Assembly (NCBI GenBank): GCA_047602405.1
Contig: JASGHJ010000001.1
Span: 384,001-448,000 of the forward strand
Direction: 5' to 3'
Source: Anaeromyxobacteraceae bacterium
Lineage (GTDB): Bacteria; Myxococcota; Myxococcia; Myxococcales; Anaeromyxobacteraceae
Length of the DNA stretch: 64,000 nt
The position numbers and the translations under genes are program-made. The notes under the pieces are model-generated. The model had not been told where the DNA came from, did not search any database, and saw only the letters and a program-made list of their open reading frames with translations. Numbering within the stretch: the stretch's first letter is position 1; every line of letters begins with the position of its first letter. Shown here piece by piece: positions 20,601-29,776 of this stretch.

Positions 20601-22942
20601 CAGGAGGCGCCGCGGCAGGCGGTGGCGGCGTCCGGGTAGGTGCAGGCGTTCCGGGCGGTGCCGTCGCAGGCCCCGCCGCAGGCGGAGCCGTCGGAGGCGC
20701 AGGCGGCCCGGGCGCCGCGCGGCGCGCCGGCCACGGGCGCGCAGGTGCCGGCGCTGCCCGGCACGTCGCAGGCCTCGCACTGACCTTCGCAGGCCGCGTT
20801 GCAGCAGACGCCGTCGACGCACAGGCCGGTGCCGCATTCGGCGCCCGCGCCGCAGGCCTGGCCGCGGTCGAGCCGGAAGGTGGCCACGATCTCCCGCGGG
20901 CCGGTCACGTTCGCGGCGCCGTACGTGGCCCCCTGGACCTGCGCGAGCACGTCGGCGCCGGCGTCGGCGAGGGCGGCGAGCACGTAGCCCGCGTCCGGGG
21001 TGACGGTGCAGGCGGCGGTCGCGCCCTGCGCGACCGGCGAGAGGCAGGAGAGGGCGCCGTGGCCGCCGGGCACCGAGGTGGTGACCGAGGGGCCGTCGAA
21101 GGCCGCGAGGGCGGTCGCGTCGCCGGCGATCGAGAGCGTGCAGGTGGTCTGCGCGCCGGCGCAGGCCCCGCTCCAGCCGGCGAAGGTGTCGCCCGGGCGC
21201 GCGACGGCGGTGAGCGTGACCTGGCCGCCCTGCAGCACGTTCATCGAGGTCGTGGCGCAGCCCTCGGCGCAGGCGATGCCCTCCGGGTACGAGACCACCG
21301 AGCCCTGGCCCGTCCGCCCCGCCGCCTTCTCGACCGTGAGCGTGCGCAGCGTGCCGATGCCGTTCACGTCGGCGTCGGCGTTGTTGGTCGGGTCGGGGTC
21401 GGTGACGCCGGAGGGCGCCGTCACGGTGGCGGTGTTGGCGAGCGTGCCGTTCCCGGAGCCCGCGACCACGGTCGCGGTCACGGCGAAGGTCGCCTTCGCG
21501 CCGGAGGGCAGCGTGACCTTTCGGGCCGAGATGTTGCCCGTGCCGCTCGCGGTGGTGCAGGCGCCGCCGCCGCTCGCGGTGCAGGTCCAGGCGACGTTCG
21601 CGAGCTGGGCCGGGAAGGCGTCGTCGACCGTGGCGTTCGTGGCGGTGGCCGGGCCCGCGTTCGAGACCTCGATCGAGTACGCGACCGGCTGGCCCCACAC
21701 GACGGCGGAGCTCGCGTCGCGCACGGCGACCGAGAGGTCGGCATAGGAGACGGCGGAGGTGAGCGCGGTCTCGACGAGCGGCCCGAGGAGCGCGGAGACG
21801 GAGTCGGCGCGGATGGCGTAGTTGCCGTTCGCGATGCGCCCGGTGGCGCCGTTCGGGATCGCGACCGTCACGCTGAAGGTCGCGCTCGCCGAGGGGTTCA
21901 TCCAGCCGAAGTTGCAGGAGACGGTGCCCGCCTGGCCGACCGCGGGCGTCGTGCAGGTGGCGCCGGCGGGGGCGCTCACCGAGACGAACGTGGTCTGGCC
22001 GGTCTGGGTGGCGCCGCTGAACGCGGCGGGTAGCACCTCGTCGACCACCACGTTCGGCACGAGGCCCGGCGTCGCGTTCTTCACGAGGAACGTGTAGGTG
22101 AGCTGCGTGCCGGCGTTCGCCGCCTGCGGCGCGCTCGCGGCGACCGACAGGCTCGGCAGGTAGGCGCCGAAGCCGTCGACCGCGACCTCGCCCCAGTGGC
22201 CGGTCTGGGCGCAGCCCGCGGCCACGACCGCGATCTCGACGGTGTCGCCCGGAGTGAGCTTCGCGTCGCCGGGGGCGACGTCGAAGATCTGCCAGTCGGT
22301 GTAGCGGACCTGGTTCTGGCCCGTCCCCTGGACGTTCCACGGGATGCCGGGCTGGTTCGAGTAGTTGAAGGTCGTGAAGAGCAGCGTGTTGCGGGTGACG
22401 TTGCGCAGCTGGGCCCAGAAGTACGGCTGCTGGTTCACCGGGTGGCCGGGGTCCTGGAGCGCCGGGGCGAGCGCGAAGCGCACGTGGACCTTGCCGTCGG
22501 CCGGATCCACGTCGGAGGTCGTCACCGCGTAGGACTGCTTCAGCGTGTTGACGTTGTAGTTCTTGCCGCCCTCGTTCACGACGACCGAGGCGTTCCCGAA
22601 CTTCGGGAGCACGGGCTGCGCGAGGCCGGAGAGGCCGTAGAGCTGCTGCGCCGGGGCGGTGCGGACGTAGGTGCGGGCGGAGCCCCCGGACCGGAGGTTG
22701 AGATCGCCCAGGCTCGCGGGCGGGTAGGTGATGCCCGCGGACGTGTACTGGCCGGCCGGCGTCAGGTGGGTCGTGATGGTCCAGCCGGTGGTCGTGCCGT
22801 CCTCGAAGCCGCCGTTCACGAAGAGCGGCGCCTCCGCGAGCTGGGTCGCGCCGCTCCCCCCGGAAGGCTGACCGCCGCACGCCGAGAGGGCGATCGCAGC
22901 GCAGGTGACGAGGACACCGCGGAGGTGGGGGAAGGTGAGCAT
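17676..22942 (-). CDS. Large surface lipoprotein: DUF11 x2, InlB-B-like repeat, Cys-rich repeats, MYXO-CTERM-like tag, beta-barrel, Pro linker, OmpA C domain; one-base deletion near 17812
   Basis: Lipobox LSAC; OmpA motifs VHFATARD, VEGHTD, NRALSDRRA; the end ARGYGPDRPVASN...RARNRRVEF lies in the adjacent frame with stop at 17676. Confidence 0.85.
19280..20870 (-). repeat. Intragenic tandem repeat, about 450 bp (150 aa) Cys-rich unit, 3 full copies plus a partial fourth
   Basis: GCAGCAGAC anchor (DGVCC) at 19457, 19901, 20351, 20801; spacing 444/450/450. Confidence 0.9.
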
Positions 22943-22966
22943 GGTCGTGATCTCCGGGGCCTGCGA

Positions 22967-22982
22967 AGCAAGCCGCGGGCCC
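22967..22982 (-). promoter_or_regulatory. Putative sigma54 promoter for the surface protein gene
   Basis: Minus strand GGGCCCGCGGCTTGCT = GG-N10-GC with TTGC, about 25 bp before the ATG. Confidence 0.55.
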
Positions 22983-23057
22983 GTGCCCGGGGACCGCGCG
23001 ACCCAGCGTGATCAGGGACCCGGGCCCCGGCGACCTGCCGCGGGCTGCGCGTGTCGT

Positions 23058-23072
23058 TGACGGAAACCGTCA
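23058..23072. promoter_or_regulatory. Palindromic operator/enhancer candidate
   Basis: TGACGG-AAA-CCGTCA in the divergent intergenic region. Confidence 0.45.
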
Positions 23073-23217
23073 GTCGATAGCGCGTCGTTCACGCAGGGAG
23101 AACGTGGGCGGCGCGCGCACAGAGGGGCGCGAGGTCGGCAGGTTCGACATCGGGCGCGCCATGACACGCGAAGGCGGGAGGCCGGGCGCAGCGTGAAAGG
23201 GATACTCAGGAGGACGC

Positions 23218-24009
23218 ATGAGCGGCGATCGATACGGCGTGTTCGCGGTGGGCAACCACCTCATCGGCGTCCCCGCCGCCCAGATCCACGAGATCTTCCA
23301 GCTCGGCGAGGTGCGGGTGCCGCCGAACTGCCCGCCCGAGCAGCGCGGCCTCGCCGTGCTCCGCGGCAACGTCTTCCCCGCCCTCGACCTGCGGGTGTGC
23401 CTCGGCCACGTCTCCGCCCGCGAGGAGAGCGAGGCCCTCGCGGCGCTGCTCGGCGAGCGCGAGGAGGACCACAGGCGCTGGGTCGCGGAGCTCGAGGCCT
23501 CGGTGCGGGAGCGCCGGCCGTTCAGGCTCGCGACCGATCCGCGCAAGTGCAAGTTCGGGCAGTGGTACTACGCCTTCAAGTCGGACGACGCGGTGCTCCG
23601 CTCCGAGCTCGCGAAATTCGAGGAGCCGCACGCCCGCATCCACGCGCTCGCGATCGAGGTCGGCAAGCTGGTCGAGGCCGGCCAGCTGGACCGGGCGCTC
23701 GAGCGCATCGAGCAGACGCGCCGGGGGCTCCTCGCCACGCTCGTCGAGCAGTTCGAGCGCACCCGCGCGGCCCTCCACGACGCGCGCAAGGAGGTCGGCG
23801 TGACCGTCGAGCTCAACGGGCGCCGCTCGGTCCTGATCGTCGATCGCGCGGAGGCCGTGGCCGACCTCGAGCCCATCGCGGCCGAGGACGACCCACTCGC
23901 GGCGGGCACGCTCCCGGTGGACCTCGTCCGCAGGCTCGCGCGCTGGCGCGGCAGCCCCGCGCCGGTCCTCCTGCTCGACGTCGAGCGGGTCGGGAACCTC
24001 GCCGGCTAG
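23218..24009 (+). CDS. CheW-like protein with inserted CZB zinc-binding domain
   Basis: CheW halves (GLAVLRGNVFPALDLR; LIVDRAEAV...LLLDVERV) flank DHRRW...CKFGQWYY...PHARIH; AGGAGG RBS. Confidence 0.85.
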   Translation: MSGDRYGVFAVGNHLIGVPAAQIHEIFQLGEVRVPPNCPPEQRGLAVLRGNVFPALDLRVCLGHVSAREESEALAALLGEREEDHRRWVAELEASVRERRPFRLATDPRKCKFGQWYYAFKSDDAVLRSELAKFEEPHARIHALAIEVGKLVEAGQLDRALERIEQTRRGLLATLVEQFERTRAALHDARKEVGVTVELNGRRSVLIVDRAEAVADLEPIAAEDDPLAAGTLPVDLVRRLARWRGSPAPVLLLDVERVGNLAG

Positions 24010-24893
24010 GACCAGGCCCACGGGGCCGGAGGCGGGGCCCCCTTCCCCGGCGCGGCGAGGTCCCAGCGGTACCGCTCGCCGCGCGTGAGCACGTGGATCC
24101 GCTCGCCGAGGCCCTCGCGCTCCGCGGCGCGGAGGAAGTCCCCGAGCGGCGACCGGAACACCCGGTAGTCGTCGAAGTGGAGCGGGATCGCGACCTTCGG
24201 GTTCACGAGCCGCACCGCCGCGACACCCTGCTCGGCGTCCATCGTCACGAGCAGCCCGAGCACGCGGGTGCCACCGAGGTGGAAGAGGCCGAGGTCGAGG
24301 TCCGGGAACCGGACCGGGAGCTCCTCGAGCGCGCGGTGCAGGAGCGTGTCGCCGGACACGTAGATCCGGTAGCGCGCCTCGCCTCCGAGGCCGAAGGTCA
24401 CGAGGCTCCCCATCACCGGTGGCAGCAGCCGTCCGGCGAGGCCGAACGCGTGGCGGGCGGGGAGCGACATCACCTCGAGCCAGGCGCTCGCGCGCCGGAA
24501 CCGCACCGTCTGCCAGGTCCTGAGGCCCAGCGCCGCGGGGAAGCCCCGGCCGCGCAGGGCCCGGGCCGCGTGCGGCGTCGTCACGATCCTCAGGCGCCGC
24601 GGGAGCTCCCGCTCGGCGATCCGGTCCCAGTGGTCGCCGTGCAGGTGGGAGAGCAGGCAGAAGTCGAGCGGCGGCAGGTCGCCCGGCCGCAGGGCGGGCT
24701 CGGTGAGCCGCTCGGAGGTGAGCCCGTAGCCGAGGTGCGCGTGGTCGCCGGCGTGCAGGAAGTTGGGGTCGGTCAGGAACGAGAACCCGCCCGCCTGGAC
24801 GAGGACCGTCGCGGTGCCGACGAAGACGAGGGATCCCTCGCGGAGGTCCGGCTCCGCGGGAGATCCCTCGAGCATCGCCTCGTAGGTGGGCAC
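24006..24893 (-). CDS. MBL-fold metallo-hydrolase
   Basis: FVGTATVL, LTDPNF, SHLHGDH, SGDT, IPLHFDDY; start uncertain. Confidence 0.85.
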   Translation of the reverse strand: MPTYEAMLEGSPAEPDLREGSLVFVGTATVLVQAGGFSFLTDPNFLHAGDHAHLGYGLTSERLTEPALRPGDLPPLDFCLLSHLHGDHWDRIAERELPRRLRIVTTPHAARALRGRGFPAALGLRTWQTVRFRRASAWLEVMSLPARHAFGLAGRLLPPVMGSLVTFGLGGEARYRIYVSGDTLLHRALEELPVRFPDLDLGLFHLGGTRVLGLLVTMDAEQGVAAVRLVNPKVAIPLHFDDYRVFRSPLGDFLRAAEREGLGERIHVLTRGERYRWDLAAPGKGAPPPAPWAWS

Positions 24894-24966
24894 GCCCTCG
24901 AACGTTGGCCACCCCGCGTCCCCGCCGCCTGCGGCGTTTCCACGCCCGGAACGGAGCGGAGGCAGG

Positions 24967-25734
24967 TCAGCCGAGGTCGTCCGGGTCGCGCCGCGTCGGG
25001 TCGCGATCACCGCGATCCGCGATGCGGGACTCGTCGTCCCCTTCCACCCGCACCTCCTCGCGCCGGACGTCGGCGTCGGCGGCCCGGTGCTCGACGGTCC
25101 GCTCCTTCCTCAGGCGGACCTCCTCCTTCACGACCGGGCGCTTCCTGATCTCGACCTCCTCCTCGCGGAGCGGGATCGACTCGGTGCGCTGCTCGAGGTC
25201 CCCGGTGTCGAGGGTCCGGTCCCCCGAGGCCGGCACGCGCTCGACGCGCACCGTCTCCTTCGTCACCGGCACGTCGATCGAGCGGTGCTCGGTCACGACG
25301 TCCTTCCTCAGCCGCACCTCGCCCGCGTCGCGCTCGGTCTTGACCGCCTCGAGCTCCTCCTCCGCGACGGGCATGCGGATCTCGTCCTGCCCTGCGGCCG
25401 CGCGGGCCCGCTCGCCGGGCGGGCGTTCGGCGCTCTCCTCCCAGGGCTGCGTGCGCCCCAGGTTGGCGTCGCCCCCCGCCGCGATGGTGTCGTCGTCGCT
25501 CCCGAGCTCGCGGCGCGCGAACGCGTCCTTCCCGATGGCGAGCCGCACCTCGTCGCCGTCGTCGCCCTCGAGCCCCGCGATGTCCGCGTAGCGGCAGGTG
25601 TGATCCTTCGGCAGGAAGAACCCCTTCTCCACGACGAAGGTGTCCTCGCCGAGGGCGAGGATCTTCCCGAGCTTCTCGCCGTCCGAGCTCCGGACGGTCA
25701 TGCCTTCCCTCAACATCCCGCGGTCGAAAATCAT
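24967..25734 (-). CDS. YsnF/AvaK (DUF2382) family protein
   Basis: EEELEAVK, GEVRLRKDVVTE, EEEVEIRKRPVVKEEV, DVRREEVRV; GGAGG RBS before MIFDR. Confidence 0.88.
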   Translation of the reverse strand: MIFDRGMLREGMTVRSSDGEKLGKILALGEDTFVVEKGFFLPKDHTCRYADIAGLEGDDGDEVRLAIGKDAFARRELGSDDDTIAAGGDANLGRTQPWEESAERPPGERARAAAGQDEIRMPVAEEELEAVKTERDAGEVRLRKDVVTEHRSIDVPVTKETVRVERVPASGDRTLDTGDLEQRTESIPLREEEVEIRKRPVVKEEVRLRKERTVEHRAADADVRREEVRVEGDDESRIADRGDRDPTRRDPDDLG

Positions 25735-25986
25735 GTGTTCGTCTCCTCCCTCGGTAGTGGACGCTGCGGACGACGCCGCGCCCCGGCCCGGAAGCCCCGG
25801 CGGCGTGCGTGCGGCGCGGCGAGCGGGTGTCGAGCGCAGCGGGGCGCCCCGGATCGGGCGCGTGAGCGGGTCCTGATCGGTTCTGTCGCGCGCCGGGGCG
25901 CGCGCGACGATGCGTCTTGACGCCCGGCATGGACAGGCGCGGCACGGAGGCGTCTCCTCCCGGTCACATCCTCGCGGGAGGGCACG

Positions 25987-27330
25987 ATGCGCTCCGTCGT
26001 CAGCTCCGCTCCGCTGCCGGGCCTGCTGCCGGGCCCGCTGTTCTCGGACCGCATCGCGCTCCTCGGCACCGAGAACGCGTTCAAGATCGGGCCCTGGATC
26101 GCGGCCCTCGAGGCCGACGGGCACCACGTCGTGCGGTGCAACCTCGGCGAGCCGGACTTTCCGCTCCCCGGCCACGTGCGCGAGGAGGTGAAGCGGGCGC
26201 TCGACGCCGATCTCACGCACTACGTCGACCCGCAGGGGATCCTGCCGCTGCGCGAGGCGATCGCGCGGGACCTGGGCGCCCGGCGCGGGCTCGAGATCAC
26301 GGCGGACCGGGTGGTCGTCTTCCCGGGCGCGAAGCCGCCGATCGGCTTCTGCCAGGAGGTCTACACGAACCCCGGCGACGAGGTCGTCTACCCGAGCCCC
26401 GGGTTCCCGATCTACGAGTCGTTCGCGACGTACCTGGGCTGCCGGCCGGTGCCGCTCCACCTCGAGGAGGAGCAGGGCTTCACGGTCACCGGCGCCGCGC
26501 TCGAGCGGCTGCTCTCGGGCCGGACGAAGCTCGTGTTCCTCAACTTCCCGGGCAACCCGACCGGCGGCGTCGCGACCGCGGCGCAGCTCGAGGAGCTCGC
26601 GGACGTGCTCGCCCGCCGCCTGCCCCCGAACGCGCGCGTCTACTCCGACGAGGTGTACGAGGCGATCGTCTTCGACGGCCGGCTGCACCGCTCGATCGCG
26701 TCGTTCCCGGGCATGGCGGAGCGGACGATCATCGTGGGCGGGGTCTCGAAGAGCTTCGCCTGGACCGGCGGCCGGATCGGCTGGGCCGCGTTCCCGACCG
26801 GCGAGGAGGCGGCCGTCTTCAAGAACCTCGCCATCAACTACTACTCGTGCGTCCCCGCCTACAACCAGTGGGGTGCGAAGCTCGCGCTCGAGGCGCCGGA
26901 GAGCCGGGGCGAGATCGCGCGGATGGTGGCGGCGTTCCAGGAGCGGCGCGACGTGGTCGTGCCCGCGCTGAACGCGATCCCGGGCGTGCGCTGCCAGAAC
27001 CCGGGCGGCGCCTTCTACGTCTTCCCGAACGTGGCCGGCCTGTGCGCGTCGCTGGGCGTGCTCGAGGCCCACGCCGCCCTGCCGCCGGCGGTCCGCGACG
27101 CCACGAGCCCCTCCACGCTGCTGGCCCGCTTCCTCCTGTTCCGCCACCACGTCGCGACGCTCGACCGGCGCTCCTTCGGCCGCATCGGCGCCGACGGCCG
27201 CCACTTCCTGCGCCTCTCGATCGCGACAGCCCTCGACGAGCTCCGCGTCGCCGTCGACCGGCTCGCCCGCGCCGGGCAGGACCGCGACGGCTTCCGCGCG
27301 TTCGTCCGCGAGGGCCGCTTCCTCACCTGA
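25987..27330 (+). CDS. PLP-dependent aminotransferase class I/II
   Basis: GEPDF, NFPGNPTG, SDEVYE, SKSFAWTGGRIG, PGGAFYVF. Confidence 0.92.
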   Translation: MRSVVSSAPLPGLLPGPLFSDRIALLGTENAFKIGPWIAALEADGHHVVRCNLGEPDFPLPGHVREEVKRALDADLTHYVDPQGILPLREAIARDLGARRGLEITADRVVVFPGAKPPIGFCQEVYTNPGDEVVYPSPGFPIYESFATYLGCRPVPLHLEEEQGFTVTGAALERLLSGRTKLVFLNFPGNPTGGVATAAQLEELADVLARRLPPNARVYSDEVYEAIVFDGRLHRSIASFPGMAERTIIVGGVSKSFAWTGGRIGWAAFPTGEEAAVFKNLAINYYSCVPAYNQWGAKLALEAPESRGEIARMVAAFQERRDVVVPALNAIPGVRCQNPGGAFYVFPNVAGLCASLGVLEAHAALPPAVRDATSPSTLLARFLLFRHHVATLDRRSFGRIGADGRHFLRLSIATALDELRVAVDRLARAGQDRDGFRAFVREGRFLT

Positions 27331-27370
27331 CGCTTCGTCCCCGACCGCCCACCTGCGAGGAGCCACCCCG

Positions 27371-29776
27371 ATGCCCGTCTGTGAACCCACCGTCGCCTTC
27401 GGCCCCCGCCGCGCGCTCCGCCTCGCCGTCCACGCCGCGCCCGCGGGCGCCGTCGCGGGCCGCGTCGGCGTGCTCGAGGCCCTCGACCTCGTCTACCGCT
27501 CGCTCTGCACGGCGCTCTACAACTACGCGCCGATGTCCGGGCACCCGGGCGGCTCGATCTCCTCGGGCCGGTTCGTGCAGGCGCTCGTGTTCGAGCAGCT
27601 CGCCCACGACGTCTCCGACCCCGACCGGCCCGACGCCGACGTCGTCTCCTACGCGGCCGGGCACAAGGCGCTCGGCCTGTACGCGCTCTGGGCTTTGCGC
27701 GACGAGATCGCCCGCATCGCGGCGCCGCGCCTGTTGCCCACCGACCCCGCCCGGCGGCTCCGGCTCGAGGACCTCCTCGGCTTCCGCAAGAACCCCACCA
27801 CGCCGACGCCGCTCTTCCAGGCCTTCGGCGCGAAGCCCCTCGACGGGCACCCCACCCCGGCGACGCCGTTCGTGAAGCTCGCGACGGGCGCCTCGGGCGT
27901 GGGGGTCGCCTCCTCGTTCGGGCTCGCGCTCGCCGCGCTCGACGTCTACGGCGACGACGCGCCGCGGATCCACGTGATCGAGGGCGAGGGCGGCCTCACG
28001 CCGGGCCGGGTGCACGAGGCGCTCGCCTTCGCCGCCACCTCGCGGCTCCACAACCTCGTCGTGCACGTCGACTGGAACCAGGCTTCCATCGACTCCGACC
28101 GGGTCACCCGCGACGGCGATCAGCCGGGCGACTACGTGCAGTGGGATCCCGCCGAGCTCTTCTACCTGCACGACTGGAACGTGGTGAGCGTGCCCGACGG
28201 CCACGACCTCGGCGCGATCCTCGAGGCGCAGGCGCGCGCGCTGGAGCTCGACAACGGGCAGCCCACCGCCATCGTCTACCGGACGGTGAAGGGGTGGCGG
28301 TACGGGATCGAGGGCAAGGGGTCCCACGGCGCCGGCCACAAGCTCTGCTCGCCCGGCTTCTACGAGGCGCTCGGGCCGCTCACCCGCGAGGCCGGCCTCA
28401 CCCTGCCCACCTGCGAGCCCGGGCACGGCTGCCGCGACGGCGCCGACGCGGTCGCCCTCGAGCGCTGCGCCTGGTCCTCGCTCTCGATCGTGCGGAGCCT
28501 GCTCGAGTCGAACGAGGCCACCACCCGCGCCCTCGCGCTCCGGCTCGAGGAGGCGCGGGAGCGGCTCGTCGAGCTCGACCGGCGGCCGCGGGAGGGCGCG
28601 CCCCGCGTCGAGGCGATCTTCGAGGTCGCCGCGGCGGGCGAGCCGCCCCCCGATCTCGCGCTCCCGCCGGGCACGGGGACCACGCTGCGCGGCCAGCTCG
28701 GGAAGGTGCTCGGGCACCTGAACCGCGCCTCGCACGGCGCGCTGCTCGTCGCGGCGGCCGATCTCCTCGGCTCGACGAGCGTGAACGAGGCGACGAAGGG
28801 CTTCGCGGGGGGCTGGTTCCAGGCCCGCGGCAACCCCGACGCCCGCACCCTCTCGATCGGGGGCATCTGCGAGGACGCCATGGCGGGCGTGCTGTCCGGC
28901 GTCTCCGCCTTCGGCTGGCACGCCGGCGTGGGCTCCTCCTACGGCGCCTTCATCGCGCCGCTCGGGCACATCGCCGCCCGGCTCCACGCCATCGGCGACC
29001 AGGCCCGGCGCGCCACCGGCGGCGGCGCGGGCCGTCCGATGTTCCTCGTCTGCGGCCACGCGGGCCTCAAGACCGGCGAGGACGGTCCGACCCACGCCGA
29101 CCCGCAGCCCCTGCAGCTCTTGCAGGAGAACTTCCCCCGGGGCGCGCTCGTCACGCTCACGCCGTGGGATCCGGCCGAGGTGTACCCGCTCGTCTGCGCG
29201 GCGCTCCGCCACCGGCCGTCGGTGATCGCGCCGTTCGTCACCCGCCCCACCGAGAAGGTGCTCGATCGCGCCGCGCTCGGCCTCGCGCCCGCCTCGGCGG
29301 CCACCACCGGCGTCTACCGGCTGCGCACGGCGCGCCGGCGGGCCGACGCGGCGGTCGTGCTGCAGGAGTCGGGCGTCACCTACGCGTTCCTCGAGGAGGC
29401 GCTGCCGCTCCTCCTGAAGGCCGGGGTCGAGCTCGACGTCTGGTACGTCGCGAGCGCGGAGCTCTTCGACCTGTTGCCGCTCGACGTCCAGCGGAGCCTC
29501 TTCCCCGAGGAGGCCGGGGAGCGGGCGATGGGGATCACCGGCTTCACGCTGCCGACGATGTGGCGCTGGATCCGCTCGACCGCGGGGCGCGACCACACCA
29601 TGCACCCGTTCCAGCGCGGGCACTTCCTCGGCTCCGGGCGCGCGGACGCGGTGCTGCGCGAGGCGGGGCTCGACGGGGAGAGCCAGGTCCGGCGGGTGCT
29701 CGCGTTCGTGGAGTCGCGGGGAGCCCCTCGACCCCGGCCCGCGGAGGTGCGCGCCACCGGCCCACGCCCGGGGTGA
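27371..29776 (+). CDS. Transketolase-like ThDP-dependent enzyme
   Basis: SGHPGGS, GH...LY, LDGHP, RTVKG, GICEDAM, GEDGPTH. Confidence 0.85.
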   Translation: MPVCEPTVAFGPRRALRLAVHAAPAGAVAGRVGVLEALDLVYRSLCTALYNYAPMSGHPGGSISSGRFVQALVFEQLAHDVSDPDRPDADVVSYAAGHKALGLYALWALRDEIARIAAPRLLPTDPARRLRLEDLLGFRKNPTTPTPLFQAFGAKPLDGHPTPATPFVKLATGASGVGVASSFGLALAALDVYGDDAPRIHVIEGEGGLTPGRVHEALAFAATSRLHNLVVHVDWNQASIDSDRVTRDGDQPGDYVQWDPAELFYLHDWNVVSVPDGHDLGAILEAQARALELDNGQPTAIVYRTVKGWRYGIEGKGSHGAGHKLCSPGFYEALGPLTREAGLTLPTCEPGHGCRDGADAVALERCAWSSLSIVRSLLESNEATTRALALRLEEARERLVELDRRPREGAPRVEAIFEVAAAGEPPPDLALPPGTGTTLRGQLGKVLGHLNRASHGALLVAAADLLGSTSVNEATKGFAGGWFQARGNPDARTLSIGGICEDAMAGVLSGVSAFGWHAGVGSSYGAFIAPLGHIAARLHAIGDQARRATGGGAGRPMFLVCGHAGLKTGEDGPTHADPQPLQLLQENFPRGALVTLTPWDPAEVYPLVCAALRHRPSVIAPFVTRPTEKVLDRAALGLAPASAATTGVYRLRTARRRADAAVVLQESGVTYAFLEEALPLLLKAGVELDVWYVASAELFDLLPLDVQRSLFPEEAGERAMGITGFTLPTMWRWIRSTAGRDHTMHPFQRGHFLGSGRADAVLREAGLDGESQVRRVLAFVESRGAPRPRPAEVRATGPRPG

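Noticed and set aside
29544..29776. Convergent 3' overlaps (GH13/transketolase-like; also lysR/33175 gene) as functional dual coding
   Set aside because: The tails are low-complexity read-through typical of GC-rich genomes
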